Assembly (NCBI GenBank): GCA_010093605.1
Contig: MU004196.1
Location: 84,606-148,605 of the forward strand
Direction of reading: 5' to 3'
DNA from: Lophium mytilinum
Lineage: Eukaryota
Length of the DNA stretch: 64,000 nucleotides
The notes beneath the pieces are model-generated. The model was not told the origin of the DNA and ran no database searches. It was given only the letters and a program-made list of their open reading frames with translations. Below are positions 23,716 through 37,156 of this stretch, one piece after another. How positions within the stretch are numbered: the first letter of the stretch is position 1; each line of letters begins with the position of its first letter. The translations under genes and the position numbers were made by a program.

Positions 23716-24420
23716 TGTAATAGAGGTGGATTCTTTTGTGGCAGGTGGTAGGAGGCCTGATAGGGCAGTCGCGCTGGGGTGGTTCCAAGAATGGCAACGA
23801 CGTGTAGTGACGTGTTGAAATGGCCCTTCGTTTCACTCCACGGGACCCTGCACGTGCTGCTGAGGCGCGACAAAGGGTGGAGGTGCGAGGGAGAAAAGGA
23901 GTGCCAAATTGCAGCTGGCCGAGATGACCACGCCCAGGCGAGAACTTCCCTGCTGCGATCGGGAATATGGCGTCACACCAGCCACACTTCCATGCAGCTA
24001 TTCACGGTCTAGGCGTTCCTAGGTATGCGAAACCACGACCAAGCAATTTATTCGCCACATAGGTATTCAATGCTTATCAAAAGGCCGCAGTGTAGTCTTA
24101 GCCAGTAGGCTGGTATTAATGTACGATTGATGCAAACGCTAGTCTACAGCGAGGACCCGAAACAGTCTTTTCAAACGCCCGCTTGTCTCTACTAAAAGTC
24201 TAGCCGTTTACAGGAAAGAATACACAGGAAAGAAGAATTCGCCTGTCGTTGCTTTTCGTCGTGTCTGTGAGCTCAGGCCGGGGCAATCAGCCTCCATGCC
24301 ACCTCTGCGGTGCTCCATGTCTAATCCACACTAAGACACGGGAGTGGCGTCTTGAGGCTTCTGAGCAATGGCTCTCCGCTCTAGCCGCTTTGATATGATC
24401 CTTTAGCTCCTTTCCCAAGT

Positions 24421-25415
24421 TCAAGATGTCTTTTTTCCAAATCCAAAACGCCTCCTTGCTTTGGGCTTCTCGGTCTCGCTGGGCGGAGTATCGGTGTATG
24501 CATGCTTGTTTCCCTTCTTCCGTCCCGTCTTCACATCCCTCCGGCTGGCACAGCAACAGCACAGCCCAGTCTGAATCAACCACGCAAAGATTGAGAACGC
24601 TGCAGCTACCCACATCAAAGCGAACATGTTGATTCCAATCGACGCTTTGAGATTAATCTCTGCAACGCCCTTGATAACGTTTCGGAAAATGATAAACATA
24701 ACGGTAGCAATAACGGTTGCGACGGTGGTGAAAAGAGCAGCCAGGAAGGTGAAAAAGGCAATGGCGAAAGATGCCCAGCGTGAGTATATTGAGAGAGGGA
24801 CGATGAATATCAAGACGGTGGAGAGACAGGCTCCCGCGAGGTAGAACCCGAACATCACATTGGAAACGATGCGGATGAGTTTGAGGATGTTATTAAGGTC
24901 GGCAGGGAGATTGACTGCGCGTGTCATTAGGAACTGTAGAGTTTGATGTCGGGTTACCAATTAGGGAAAAGAAGGTACCTACTTGAAGCTCCGGCTAAGA
25001 GCTCACTCTGCAGGATTTCGACTGGATTGAACCAATAAAGCATTTTAGGAGGCGAGCAATTGGTGGCGCCCTCGCCATTGTATCCTTCGCAATATCCCCA
25101 CAACCCCACTGAATAAAAGTCGTGGAGACCGAGCGTCCGGGCAATGGAGTTGATAAGGACCGAGTTTGGGACGGCGGCGGGAATGATGTGGCTTAGGTCG
25201 AGTTTGATAAAATAAATGTCTCTGAGGACGGATCGATTGTACGTCTGGCCAACCTCAACCATGATAACGAAAATGACGGATATGAATAGGAAAACAGAGG
25301 TAAGGATAGAGAAGATTTTGCGGGTCCGGGTGGCTCGGTGGACCTGCTGTGTCGAAAGGTGAGCATCGCTGCTAGGCAGGCTGCCGGGACAATCATGCTT
25401 CTTTCGACCGAACAT
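24421..25415 (-). CDS. SUR7/PalI-family four-TM membrane protein
   Basis: LGLHDFYSVGLWGYCEG..C (claudin-like GLWxxC motif), WFNPVEIL, four hydrophobic segments, CCCCAS; one intron at ~24980-24918. Confidence 0.85.
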
Positions 25416-26544
25416 GCTGGCGATGGAGGATAGGGAGACGCCGGACCAAGAGGGAGGAGGATGGACAGCGGCGCTGTGGCAGAAGGCTGCGCGTGGTGTT
25501 TACCAGCGGCGTCGGCGCAGCAATGAGTTTTCTCTAGGCTGGGTCGTGCTCCCCGTCGACGTCATGGTCTATTGATACCGCCGTACATAGAAATGCGTTG
25601 GTGCAAGTGCCAGCCGGCGCTCGATTGACACGCCGGCTTCAACGGCAGTGCCACAGGTGCTATCTGATTGGGCTGTGCAGGGCTAGAGCACAGCCGCCAG
25701 AAGACGCGCGTTTGCTCTTTAGATACTCAGATGAGGCAGCACGCCGTGCTAAACAAACAAACACGCTGACTGTTTCAGCGCTGTGAGATTCAAATAGAGC
25801 AGGCATCGCGAGACAGGAATGTCTAACAGAGGGGATCAGTGTCGAAAGTGTCTGTGTTCGCCAATCTACATTTAAAGTTGCGGATCGCCCGGGTGGAGCA
25901 AGAGGCCCTGGCGCGACGGAATTTGGACGGCAATTGTCTTGAATGCCAGAGTAAGGGGCGCCAAGAAGCTGGCATTCAAGACTACCTATTGCCCGTAATT
26001 TGGATGGTCCACGTTCAGGAGAGATGCCAGACACCAAAGCTCATGAAAATATTGAGCGTGTTCGATCTGAGTTTTTTTACTACCTCCTTCACCTAGTAAA
26101 CACCAGGACACTCCAATGAAATTCTACTTGGTGGCCTAGAATATCCAGGGCGTACGTAAAATAGAAGCATGCGTCATGTTCTATACCTAGGTAGTCAGCA
26201 TTGCCCAGATTGCGAGAATTCCATTGAAGGAAAACTAGCGCGTCAAACTGATGCACAAATCAAACATTGGTTCCCAACAGTAGAAACACCAGAAAATAGA
26301 AGGCCTCGAAAAATCGACATGGACGACGGGAGACATTACCTAGGCTTGGCGTCTAAAGTCTAGAAAAGCCTTCCAAGGTTCCGACTATCGGCGACATTTC
26401 TCCGCCATGGGCCCATGTCATTCGTTTTTCTGCCCTCCACGTGAAAGCCGTCCCATGGTTATAGGGAACCTGCACTCATCAAAGACTCATCCTCCCTCTG
26501 AAAGCTTCTAGCACACTCCTGCACATCACTATCACTTGCCCAAC

Positions 26545-28046
26545 ATGTCGCCCAACGACGTGTACCAGGACCCGCTGAATTCTCGCTATGCGAGCACTGA
26601 GATGAAATACCTCTTTAGTCCCCGCAACCGCTTCAGTACATGGAGGCAATTGTGGGTCTGGTTGGCCGAGTCAGAGAAAGAGCTGGGATTGGATATTAGC
26701 GACGAGGCGATCCAACAGATGAAAGCCCACCAGGTCATCCAGGACGAGGAATTCGCTGTAGCTGCCGAGGAAGAGAAGATCAGGAGGCACGATGTTATGG
26801 CTCACGTGCATACATTTGGGTTGAAAGCACCAGCGGCTGCAGGTATCATTCACTGGGGAGCAACATCTTGCTATTGCACTGACAATGCGGACCTTGTAAT
26901 TATTGCTCAACCATTTCCACCATATGATGCTAATACAGCCAGATCTTCCTCCGTGACGGACTTGATATCCTACTCCCCAAACTTGCAACCGTGATCGAGA
27001 AACTCTCCTCCTTCGCAAAAGAGCACAAAGACCTCGCATGCCTCGCCTATACGCATCTCCAACCCGCCCAACTCACCACCGTCGGCAAGCGAGCATGCCT
27101 CTGGATCCAAGACCTCCTCATGGACCTGCGCAACCTCGAGCGCGCCCGCGACGACCTCCGCTTCCGCGGCGTCAAAGGCACCACCGGCACCCAAGCCTCC
27201 TTCCTCCAAATCTTCGCGGGCGACCACTCAAAAGTCGAAGCCCTCGACGAGCTAGTCACCAAAAAGGCCGATTTCAAATCCGCCTTCATCATCTCCTCGC
27301 AGACGTACACGCGCAAGATCGACGGCGACGTGCTGCAAGCCCTGGGCTCCTTCGGCGCGACCTGCGAGCGCATCGGGCAGGATATCCGCCACCTCGCGGC
27401 GTTCAAGGAGCTCGAGGAACCCTTCGAGAGTATGCAGATCGGCTCGTCGGCCATGGCGTACAAGCGCAACCCCATGCGTAGCGAACGACTCTGCTCGCTA
27501 GGCCGGAAGCTGCAGAACTTGCCCAAGGACGCGATGGACACGTATGCGGCGCAGTGGTTTGAGCGGACGCTGGATGACTCGGCCATTCGCCGCATATGCA
27601 TCCCGCAGTCGTATCTTTGCGCGGATGCGTCACTCATTCTGCTTAACAACATCTCGTCTGGTATGGTCGTCTACCCGGCTGTGATCAAGAAGCGGGTGGA
27701 GGCTGAGCTGCCGTTCATGGCAACGGAGAACATTATCATGGCGCTTGTCGCTAAGGGGGTCAGTCGGCAAAGGGCGCATGAGGCGGTCCGAGTGCTGTCT
27801 CACGAGGCTGGCCGTGAGGTGAAGCAGTTCGGGCGCGACAACGACCTCATCGATCGCATTCGCGGGAAGGAGTTTTTCGAGAGCATCGTGCCCGACTTGG
27901 AGAAGCTCATGGACCCGCAGACCTTTATCGGGCGCGCGCCGGAACAAGTGACGAGTTTCTACGAGAAGGACGTGACGCCTGCGCTGAAGAAGTACTTCGA
28001 CGCGAAACTGATCAAGTCTGGGGAGGCTGCGGAATTGCACGTTTAA
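26545..28046 (+). CDS. ADE13: Adenylosuccinate lyase
   Basis: [69 protein letters not shown]; intron ~26896-26942. Confidence 0.97.
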
Positions 28047-28214
28047 GGGGGGTTTCTAGGTTTGTGACTTGAGGGAGGAGTTACGAGGTTCACGCTGGAT
28101 GAGGCAATCGGTATAGTCTTGGTCTCCTATCAAAAGTCGGCTTTCGAAGTCCATACGTCTTTCAGTATTCTCGTGTTGGTATTTACATATGATATGAAAA
28201 GAAACACTAAAGGC

Positions 28215-28370
28215 CGTCACAATACCCTGCGCAATCTTCTCCGCCAATTTATACACCGTCGACATCCGATGGCTCACAAACACCCTCGCCCTCGTATCCA
28301 CCACCGCTATCGGATCGCCAGCTCTGCCTATCGTGCACATGCAACTTGCGTGATAGATCCCCTTACACTC
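28215..28370 (-). pseudogene. Relic of a GMC oxidoreductase C-terminus
   Basis: IYHASCMCTIGRAGDPIAVVDTRARVF..STVYKLAEKIAQGI matches the GMC C-terminal pattern but lacks the GVxxLRVVDAS segment; no N-terminal part found. Confidence 0.65.
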
Positions 28371-29266
28371 ATCTCTACCGCGCCTAAGATCCCGTCGTAC
28401 ATAGTACGTCGCAAACCTCCTTCCGTAGTAGTCCTCCTCGCTAGCTGTATCGTCACTCAAATGCATCTACTTAGAGTCAATGACTGGACTATCCATATTC
28501 GAACTCGAAGAAAAGAAGACAGAGTCACGAGAGCCAGGCGCCACGAGGGCATCTACGACAATACAAGCATTTCCCCAACAAGAAATTGTAGAATTTACTT
28601 CTGCATCTCCCTGATAATCCGCACCACCACAGATCCCTCCCAACCATCTCCACCACCCCCACCCGTCGTTGCCGCTCATCACCAAATCTCCCCAAACCCC
28701 CTTCTCGCCTAACTCCACTCCCACCGTTCCCGTCATCTGCGCACAACTTTCCACTCCTTCCCATGAACGAATCGAAATTGTGCTGTTAATACCCCTCCAC
28801 CTGCCCATTGTGCAAGTTTGTTGCAGAATTGGAATTTACAGGCCCTGTCTCACTCCTCCCCCCACCCGGTGGATCCTCTGGAATGGCGGGAAGGGTTTCG
28901 CGGGAGAGGAGGGATTTTATAGTTGGTGGAGAGTGGGAGACAGGTGGGGCACGAGGGAGGCACGTGGGAGGCACGTGGTTTGAGCAGAGAGGGCGAATTT
29001 GGGGAACGGTGAGTTGGGGAGGTCGATTAAGGGCTTGTCATAGCTGGTATTCGGCAGCGCAGTGGATGTACGAGGTTGGTTTGAAGAATTATATGTATAG
29101 TTCTACTGTTGTCTGAGGAGACTAAGAGGCTTTGGAGATGGTTCAGGAGGATAGAAACCAATCACTTCAGAACTTTAGTAACACCTGTCAAGAGACCAGT
29201 GACAGTAGCTGTCAAGAGTATATATACATACCTACAACAAGGCATTACTCTATCATCTACACCTCC

Positions 29267-32198
29267 TCATCTATTCAAACTAAGCAACCCCTCCACATAC
29301 TTCCTCGCATCAATGCCAATCCCCTCCGCCAGCCCTCTCGGCCCCCACCCTGCCGCCTGTCCCCCCATCTTCTCCGCCGTGCTGCCCCCTCCTCCACCCC
29401 CAAGCCCCTTCCACATCGCCGTCCCCATCCGCCCCGCCGCTCCACTCGGCTTCCCAACCACCCCCGCATCCCTCGCACGGCGCACCAGAAACGCTTCCCG
29501 CAAGTCGCAGGCATCGAACTCCGTCTGCTCGGTATCCGTCTTCGACGGCTTGAGGCTGGTCTGGCGCTCCTTGAGGCGCACGGCGTCCTGCGCGTGGGAA
29601 GGCGGCAGCCGCATCCACACGACCCACCAACCGCGGCCGGTCTTGCAGGTGCGCTCGATCTCGGTGGTGGAGCGGCGGGTGGTGGAGACTGTGCTAAGGA
29701 TCTGGGAGTGGACGTTCAGGGCGTCGATACGGCTCCAGTTGCCGGTGAGGCCTTCGGCGCTGAGGGATCCGGGCTCGGGGATGTTGGGTAAGGAGGAGTG
29801 GACGGTTAGGGTGCGCGGGTCGTAGACGAGGTCAAAGATGGGGCTTGTGTTTGGAGTGTTCGAGGCTATGGTGGTGTAGGGGGAGCTGGCATCGTCGATG
29901 CGGGCGGCGACTCGAGTAGGGGCGGTAGAGTTGGAGAGCGGGCGGTGTAGAGGGGAGAAGTAAGTGTGCAAGTTTCGGTAGAAGGCGGCGAGCGTGAGGG
30001 ACTCGGTGCGATTTTCGAAGAGGAAGGTGTAAATGAAGGGACGGTGCTGTTACGGGTCAGTAAAAAATCTCTTGGAGTGCGAAAGACTAGAGGCTACGTA
30101 CCACATAGACAATGACTCGGAGCCTGGTGTGCTTCGGGTTAAGAGTTGGGGGTGTCTCTATCAACTGGGTGCGGTAGGAGGCTGGAGTAAGCGGATCGCT
30201 GGCATCAATGGGAAACTCTGCTGATACATCCTTGTTGAGTTCAACTTGTAGAGTACGAATTGGTATCCTGTTGTTCCAGCTCGGCTCTTCATCCTCATCT
30301 TCGTCTTCGTCCTCGTTGTCCATATCTCCTTTCAGACCGACTATGAAGTATCCAGTATTCTCCTGGTATATTTGACTCTTCCGTCTCTCTTCAGCGTGGT
30401 CAACATCAGGATCGGGGTCAATATGTCGCATGCTTGTGTCTCCCATATGGCTATGTGCATCATCGGTTTCGCTGTCTCCGTATTGCTGAGACGCCTGCCG
30501 AGAGGCTTGAGGCCGCTTGCCCCCCCATGTCGTCCCATAGCCAAGGGTGAGATACTTCACCCAAGTCTCGGAATCTCCTAGAGAAGCTTTGACTGGTTCT
30601 GGTGCGCTCGATTCCGTGTTCTGAGCATCAATGCTTGAAGACGCTTTCGCCAAAGAAGATTCTGCGGCAACCACTATCGGCGGCGGAATTCCAGGCCGAT
30701 AAGAATCATTCTTGGAAGCAGCGGGTCGTTTTGGTGTGCTAGCGGTTGGCGCTTCTTGGTCTCGCGAGGTTTCTGGTGTTTGAGACTTAGCAGCAGTCTT
30801 GGTGACCTTTCTACGCCTCTTCCTCCGGTCTGAATTTGGGCTATCCTTCACGCCATAAGTATACTCTCCGTGGGCGTAGATCCACTCCACCCAATGAGAG
30901 ATGTCTTTTAGCGAGGCTCGAGATACGGCTCCCACGCCAGAGAATACCACGCCGTCAGACGCACCAGTGTACCGGCCGCTTCCCATCCAAGGCTCGGACT
31001 CTGGGGTCATGTCGACCAGCTTCTTACTGCCCGTGGCTGTCCTCGGATCCAGCTGTTGCACTGCTGAGGGCTCGCCAAAACGAGACACCATCAAGTCCAC
31101 TAGCCCCTCGGTCCTCCCCGCGTAGTCTTCCAGTACCTCCCTTTCACCACTCCCCCACTCTTCCTCTCCAACGCCCATGCCAAGCTCACCACCAGCTGCA
31201 AGCTTGAGACCGCCGAATACGTCCACTGCAGGGCTCCCATGAAGCATAACGTCCCAATTATTTGCGAACTTGGTCCAGAACTTATCCAGGATATTACAGA
31301 ACTTGGCGCGGTCCATCTTGACATATATCTCGTCCAGCGATGTTCCATGATGTAGGAGAAATACAGAATGAGCTCTCTTTAGGTGTTGGAGCAGCAGGGT
31401 CGGAGGGCTGACCTCCCGCGACGAGTATTCTATAGATGGTGTAGAGGCAGTAGTGCCCTTAGCGGATGGAGGGACGTTGGCCGGGAGTCGGGTGAGATCG
31501 ATAGACTAGGAGATGAACATATTAGACCCAAAAATATCTATAATTCACCTTACTCGCAGTACTTACAGCTAGTATCCACCATCCGCTCTCAAGCTCATGC
31601 ATCACGATTCTCGCCTTCTCTGTTTCCACATGGTCGACCGCTTCGCCGTTGGAGAAACTCCTGGGACCTGTTAGAATTCTTCCCTCTATAGCCCTGTAGA
31701 GTAATAGGCCATAAGTTTGTGCACACTCGTCTGCCACTGCTTGGGGTAACCCCAGAGCGGTTTATATAAGTCCAGGCGCAATGTTAAGTCACGCGGCCAG
31801 ATTTGAGCTACCTCATGACTGGTCGGCTTCCTGAAGAAGGGAATGCTTCTGAAAGCAATGCCTAGCGTCCAAAGAGACTCTTAAGCAGTGGCATACCCGT
31901 AAGCCCAGACTCATGGCCTGGTACTCTATCTCGACACGTACCGCGCGAAGTCCACCATGCCCTGCGCAAGCCCAATCTGCCGCAACTTCTCATTCTCGTC
32001 CTCGCGAAGCTGGCGATCATGGTCTGCCTCTGCCTGCTTCCCATTGCCCTTCGCCCTCCCCTTGGCCGCTTTGGAGTAGTAGAAGACGACCTGATCGCGG
32101 AAGGTGTCATCGGTGGTGCCGAGAGAGGGATTGTAGATTCCGAGGAACGCAAGCTGGGCGGGCACCACCTTGGAGAGGTGGTCTGCTGGGACGGCCAT
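29267..32198 (-). CDS. CCZ1: Vacuolar fusion protein Ccz1-like
   Basis: VVPAQLAFLGIYNPSLG, ENEKLRQIGLAQGMVDFAR, VETEKARIVMHELESGWWIL, W.RIDALNVHSQIL, ERTCKTGRGWWVVWMR, GIGIDARKYVEGLLSLNR. Several introns, the first one long. Confidence 0.88.
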
Positions 32199-32534
32199 GC
32201 GGTGTTGTCAGTACATAGACTTGCAGCGTAGTGCTGCTGTCGAGGTGCGGCGAACAGGTATTGCGTCACTCGCAGCAAGCCACACCAAAGTTCGAAAGCA
32301 GCATTTATTCCGGTCTCAGCAACGGGCCGCTACTCTCTATGGCGTCTAGGGCGGCACTGGAGTGCGCAGTCAAAGCAATATCATCGTGAGGAAAGTTGTT
32401 CGTATGATGCAATTGTCACCGGAATCCATAGCTCTGGAGAAGACTTTAGAGCGGAAGCTAGCCGTGCATCGGCCGCAGATCGACGTCAGTTCGCGGTTCT
32501 TCACTAAATCTTCTTCAGGTTCATAGCTACAACC

Positions 32535-33777
32535 ATGAGTTCGTGTTGGAGGCTTCGGCTTCCTGTCCGTTCATTTCGAGTCCCCAGATATGCAGCAGCA
32601 GCGTCACGCCGATTCAATTCATCAAAAACCTCCGACCCCCTCCGCATCCTCTTCTGCGGCTCCGACGACTTCAGCATCTCCTCCCTCCGCGCGGTCCATA
32701 ACGAACACTTGAAAGACCCAGGAGCAATAGCATCAATAGATGTTGTACATAGGCCAGGGAAGCGCACGGGACGGGGCCTAAAAGAGCTGCGCGAAGTGCC
32801 CATAAAAAAAGTAGCCCAAGAGCTCAAACTCCCCACCCACGAAATCGACACATTCACGGGCTGGACGGTACCTCCACCTCTCGAAGAACCCCTGGATTCT
32901 CCTCGCTCATGAAGCTAGCCCCCATCACCCCAAAATGAGCCCATAAACCTCGTCATCGCCGTCTCCTTCGGCAAACTCGTCCCCCCACGAATCATAAACG
33001 GTGCCAAATACGGCGGGCTAAACGTGCACCCATCACTACTCCCCGAGTATGTAAAACTCAAGGGGAAATGATACTAGCATTTTATACTGAAAACTACGTT
33101 CTAGCTTCCGCGGCCCCGCCCCCATCCACCACACCCTCCTCCACGCCCGCCCCACCACCGGCATCACCCTCCAAACCCTCCACCCCGCCCACTTCGACGC
33201 CGGCCTCATCCTCGCCCAAACCCCCGCCCCGGGGCTGCGCATCCCGCACGGCGCCGACTGCTCCCCCGCCCAGCTCACCGCTTTCCTCGCGCCTCTAGGC
33301 GGGGAGATGCTCGTGGATGTCCTCCGCCACAAGACTTTCGTGCCTCCGCTCGTGGACGGTGGCTGGTGTGCCGAAGCAACGCCGGCGGCAGACCTCCTCC
33401 ACGCGCCGATGATCACGAAGGAGGATGGGCGCATACGGTGGGAGCGGTGGGGAGGGGAGGAGCTGTTGCGGCGGCGGAGGGTGCTTGAGAATCTGTGGAC
33501 GACTGTGCGGATTGGGGATGAGGAGAAGCGGTTAGTTATTCATGGGTTGGAGAGTATACGGGAGCCTGAACATGCGGCGGCGGGGGTGGGGCAGTTCGTC
33601 GCGTGCAAGGCGCCGGAGGGCACGGTATTAGAGGGAGGAATACCCGCGGGGGACGGGGATTTCCTAGGGGTGCGGATGGTAGACGGGCAGTTTTTGCTAG
33701 TCACGAAGTGTACGCTTGAGGGGAGGCAGAAGGGGAAAGGGGCGGCTGTTGTGTTGCAGGGTCTGAGTAAGCAATAG
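32535..33777 (+). CDS. FMT1: Mitochondrial methionyl-tRNA formyltransferase
   Basis: LRILFCGSDDFS, INLVIAVSFGKLVP, YGGLNVHPSLLP|..FRGPAPIHHTLL, TGITLQTLHP.HFDAG; two introns. Confidence 0.92.
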
Positions 33778-34298
33778 GAGTTAGTAGAAGGTAGGCTGGA
33801 GCTATTGTAGACGTGGTAGGCCGGAGTCGTTGTAGACGTGGCAGGCCGATGTAGCAAACATGTATGTATATGCAGCTAAATATGTAAGATATCACACCGC
33901 AACTCTGTCGGACTCGGGCCCCGTGATTCGACGTTGCCATCTTCGAAACATCTACATGTAGGAGAAGATGCAAGCTAGCGAGATGTACAGGGAAGATGTG
34001 CATAGACGACGTGCATGTAATATCTGATCTCGCATTGGCCAAATCAATTCGAATGGTATTGGGAGACCTGCAAACGCGATCCATTCCACCTCAGTAAAGA
34101 GACAATTAAAACAAAGCTACTGGCGATCAACTACACCACGCCATCATAAGAACCCAGAATCGAACAAGAAAATCGTGAAACGATCGTCATCAGCTTCCCA
34201 AGGTTTGAGCACTTCAAGCCGGAGCAATACCACCCTCGCCAACATCGCCTACTAATCCCATCCCATCAAACCCCCTTAAGAGTTCTCACTTACACCCC

Positions 34299-35114
34299 TC
34301 AAGCCGCCGGCCTCCCCCCCCTCGGCCCAAACAAATCCTCCACCAACCCACCCCAAACCTGCCTCGCCATCCCCCCCTCCTCCCCACCCACCTTCCCCTC
34401 CACCGCCTTCCCCACCTTCTCCGCCAACCCCTGAAAATCCACCGCCCCGCTATCACTAACCTCGCTCATCGCGCTCGGCGCATGGATATGCGTCCCATCC
34501 AAACTCGCCGTCACAATCTCCGGCTTCATAACCCCCGCGCCCTCGTCAGCCACCTCGCCCCCAGTCGCGTAGGAGGGGATCTCGGCGGCGGACGAGTAGA
34601 AGGTTGACGGGAGCAGCGGCACGCGGGGAAGCAGCGGCGCGGGGGAGAGATCAGGGTCGAAGTCGGGCAGGTAGGCGAAGTCCATGGTGGAGGTGTCGTT
34701 GACGGCTTTGAGGGCGCGCGAGGTGTTGAATTGGCGGGAGCGGACGTCCGAGGACGCGGGGGCGAGGATGGTGGGGCGCGAGGGGCGCGTGGTGCTGTAG
34801 GCGCGGGAGTTTACGGTTTCGTGGGCGGTGAGGCGGTTGGTGAGCTGGGGGGTTGGTGTTAGATGGGTTCATATTAGGGATGGGGAGTAAGAGGGAAAGC
34901 ATACCTCGGTGTTGCTGCCGGTGGTGGGCAGGTTGCGCTTCTTGCACTCGGCTCGTAGCCCCTCGGTGTCCCGGGGGAGATTGATGGCAGGACGCTCGGT
35001 GGTGAGTAGGGAGGAGAAGGTGCTGGGACCGGTCATGTGGAGGCCCCGGATTTGGGCGGTGCCGACTGCAAGGCGGTTGAGAGCTCGGAGTGATGAGGCT
35101 CTTGAAGCTGCCAT
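34299..35114 (-). CDS. SAP-domain protein with likely mitochondrial presequence (Aim34-like)
   Basis: Arg/Ala/Ser-rich N-terminus, LRAECKKRNLPTTGSNTE|LTNRL (SAP fold), RQFNTSRALKAVNDTSTMDFAYLP; intron ~34904-34846. Confidence 0.7.
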
Positions 35115-36299
35115 TGTGATACGTGAGTGTTGGGGATATGGAATTGAGGTCTGATGAGCAAATGGTGTTGAGAAATAAAGATGGGGTATCAGGTTATCTC
35201 AGAGAAGTAAGAGTACAGGGTCGCGAAACTCGGGCTTGGAATGTAGGTGGGTAGAAATCCGGTGTGAGGGGAGGAGATTCGGGGAGGGTTGGGAATGGAT
35301 GAGGGCGGATGGGGGAAGCTGGTGTTTAGTAACGATGTCCAATTGATGCACAGGGCGGACGACAAGTCAGTGCACAAGCTCCTGCTGACCTGCTTTGGGT
35401 GCAGCTCGAGGGTGCAGTAGCCCGGCTGGGAGCGCGTTGGTGTTCAACGGTATCGAAACACCATTACACCAAGGAGCTTGGGCCCCTCAACTCAACCCTC
35501 ATGCGGGACGAGGCGGTGACAGCATAGCTTAGCCAATCAAGGCGCCCCGGATGCTGAGCGATGCCGCTCTCACCTGAGCTCAGCAACACCGCTTCCCCGC
35601 CTTTCAATTACACTCTGGAAACCATCTCGCGACGCAGCCTAAGCTATACGGCAAACGGCGGAGAGCGGATAGAGAAGCACTCCCAGCAGTTATCACAACC
35701 CCACGCCGCCCCCGACTCGGCAGCGTGCCAACCGACTGTTGGGACCGCTTCTTACCAAACCCGTAAGGCCCGTGTCGGAGGATGAATTGTGCGAAGTCGG
35801 ACGCCGAAATTGTCATGGCTGGGCGCCGCACCGCACGAGACATCCCGGCTCTCCACCGCAGAGTGCGATGCGGATAGCTGCAGATGCCCCAACACCTGCG
35901 ACCTACTGCTTGAAAGAACCTTTGTAGCCTTAATAGAGAGCAGATAAGGTTCAGGGGGTGTTCCAATCATCATCGATGAAATGGTGAAGCAGTGATTCAG
36001 TTTGGCCCACGGCACGGCAGTCGACATCGAGGAGCTTATTACTCGAGCAAATGCTCATCGAGGCTGCCAAGTACCGTTACAGATACGTGGTACGCGTACT
36101 AGAAATCCTTGAACAAATCACTCCGCGTACATTTATGGTTGTTGAGTGGGTCAAACCATGCACTGAAGTCACCAATCAGCCGCTACCACTCTACCCCTTG
36201 TATTCCCGTGCCAATCATGACTCCGTCCACAAATATCTCTTCCATCATCAAAATTTAATCTTGAGTATAGTATAGCCAAATTTCAGCATCCAGAAAATC

Positions 36300-36402
36300 G
36301 GCCTGGTGGTCTAGTGGTATGATTGTCGCTTCGGGAGTTCCGCGCCTGGCTGCTCAGCAGCTAAACTGTGACAGGCCCCGGGTTCGAATCCCGGCCAGGC
36401 CC
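36300..36402 (+). tRNA. tRNA-Pro(CGG) with 31-nt intron (36336-36366)
   Basis: Acceptor stem GGCCTGG/CCAGGCC, D arm TGGTCTAGTGGTATGAT, anticodon stem GTCGC/GTGAC around TT-CGG-G, T arm CCGGGTTCGAATCCCGG, downstream T-runs. Confidence 0.93.
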
Positions 36403-37156
36403 GACGTTTTGCTCGTTTTTTTTGGCTTCTAGGACGTAACAAAGAGTTAACTGGATACGTGAATGATGCTTCATCTTTTGTTGCTGTGTAATTTTGTTTT
36501 TGTGGGTTGGGTGGAGGAGAATCGCGTTGCTTGCTTGCATCGTACTAACCGATCAACTGACAACTTTAGTTTCAGTACTTGTAGTGAATGATTCCCTTGA
36601 AGAAATGCAGTATACACGCCCTGCAGCATAATCGTAGATTCAGAAGATTGAATAGAACCGAATCCTATGAAGAAAAGAAAGCATATGATCGATCTATGAT
36701 ATGGCACCCGAGGGCCTCTGCAACGTGTAATAGTCACTCTTCGCAAGAATATCTCATCGAGCAGAATTAGGGTTCGAGTGCTTTCATTGAGTTCTCTGAG
36801 AAGTTTTGTGATCTCTAAATGAATTGAAAGAAAAATATGAATTCCTAAAAGCAAAGGCATATAGCCTAAAGTTCAGACTCAGCTACTCGAGTTAGGGAAC
36901 AGGGTATTTGATGAAGTGTAGAAGCCAGAACTCATGACGCCGTTCTCGTAGAACTGAAGCTGAAGCCGAAGCTGCATCCTAACAATAAGATGCCGTGAAC
37001 CCTTGCTCCGAAAGATGATGATGAATTAAGCAGTGCAACTGAGAAGTGGAAGGTATGAAAGAGCTGCGGCCTATCTCGCTCATCGTGTTGGAGACGGTAA
37101 TGAGACGGCCGGGAACGCCCTTTAGTGAGTAGATGATCTGTAGACTCTCGCGGGCC

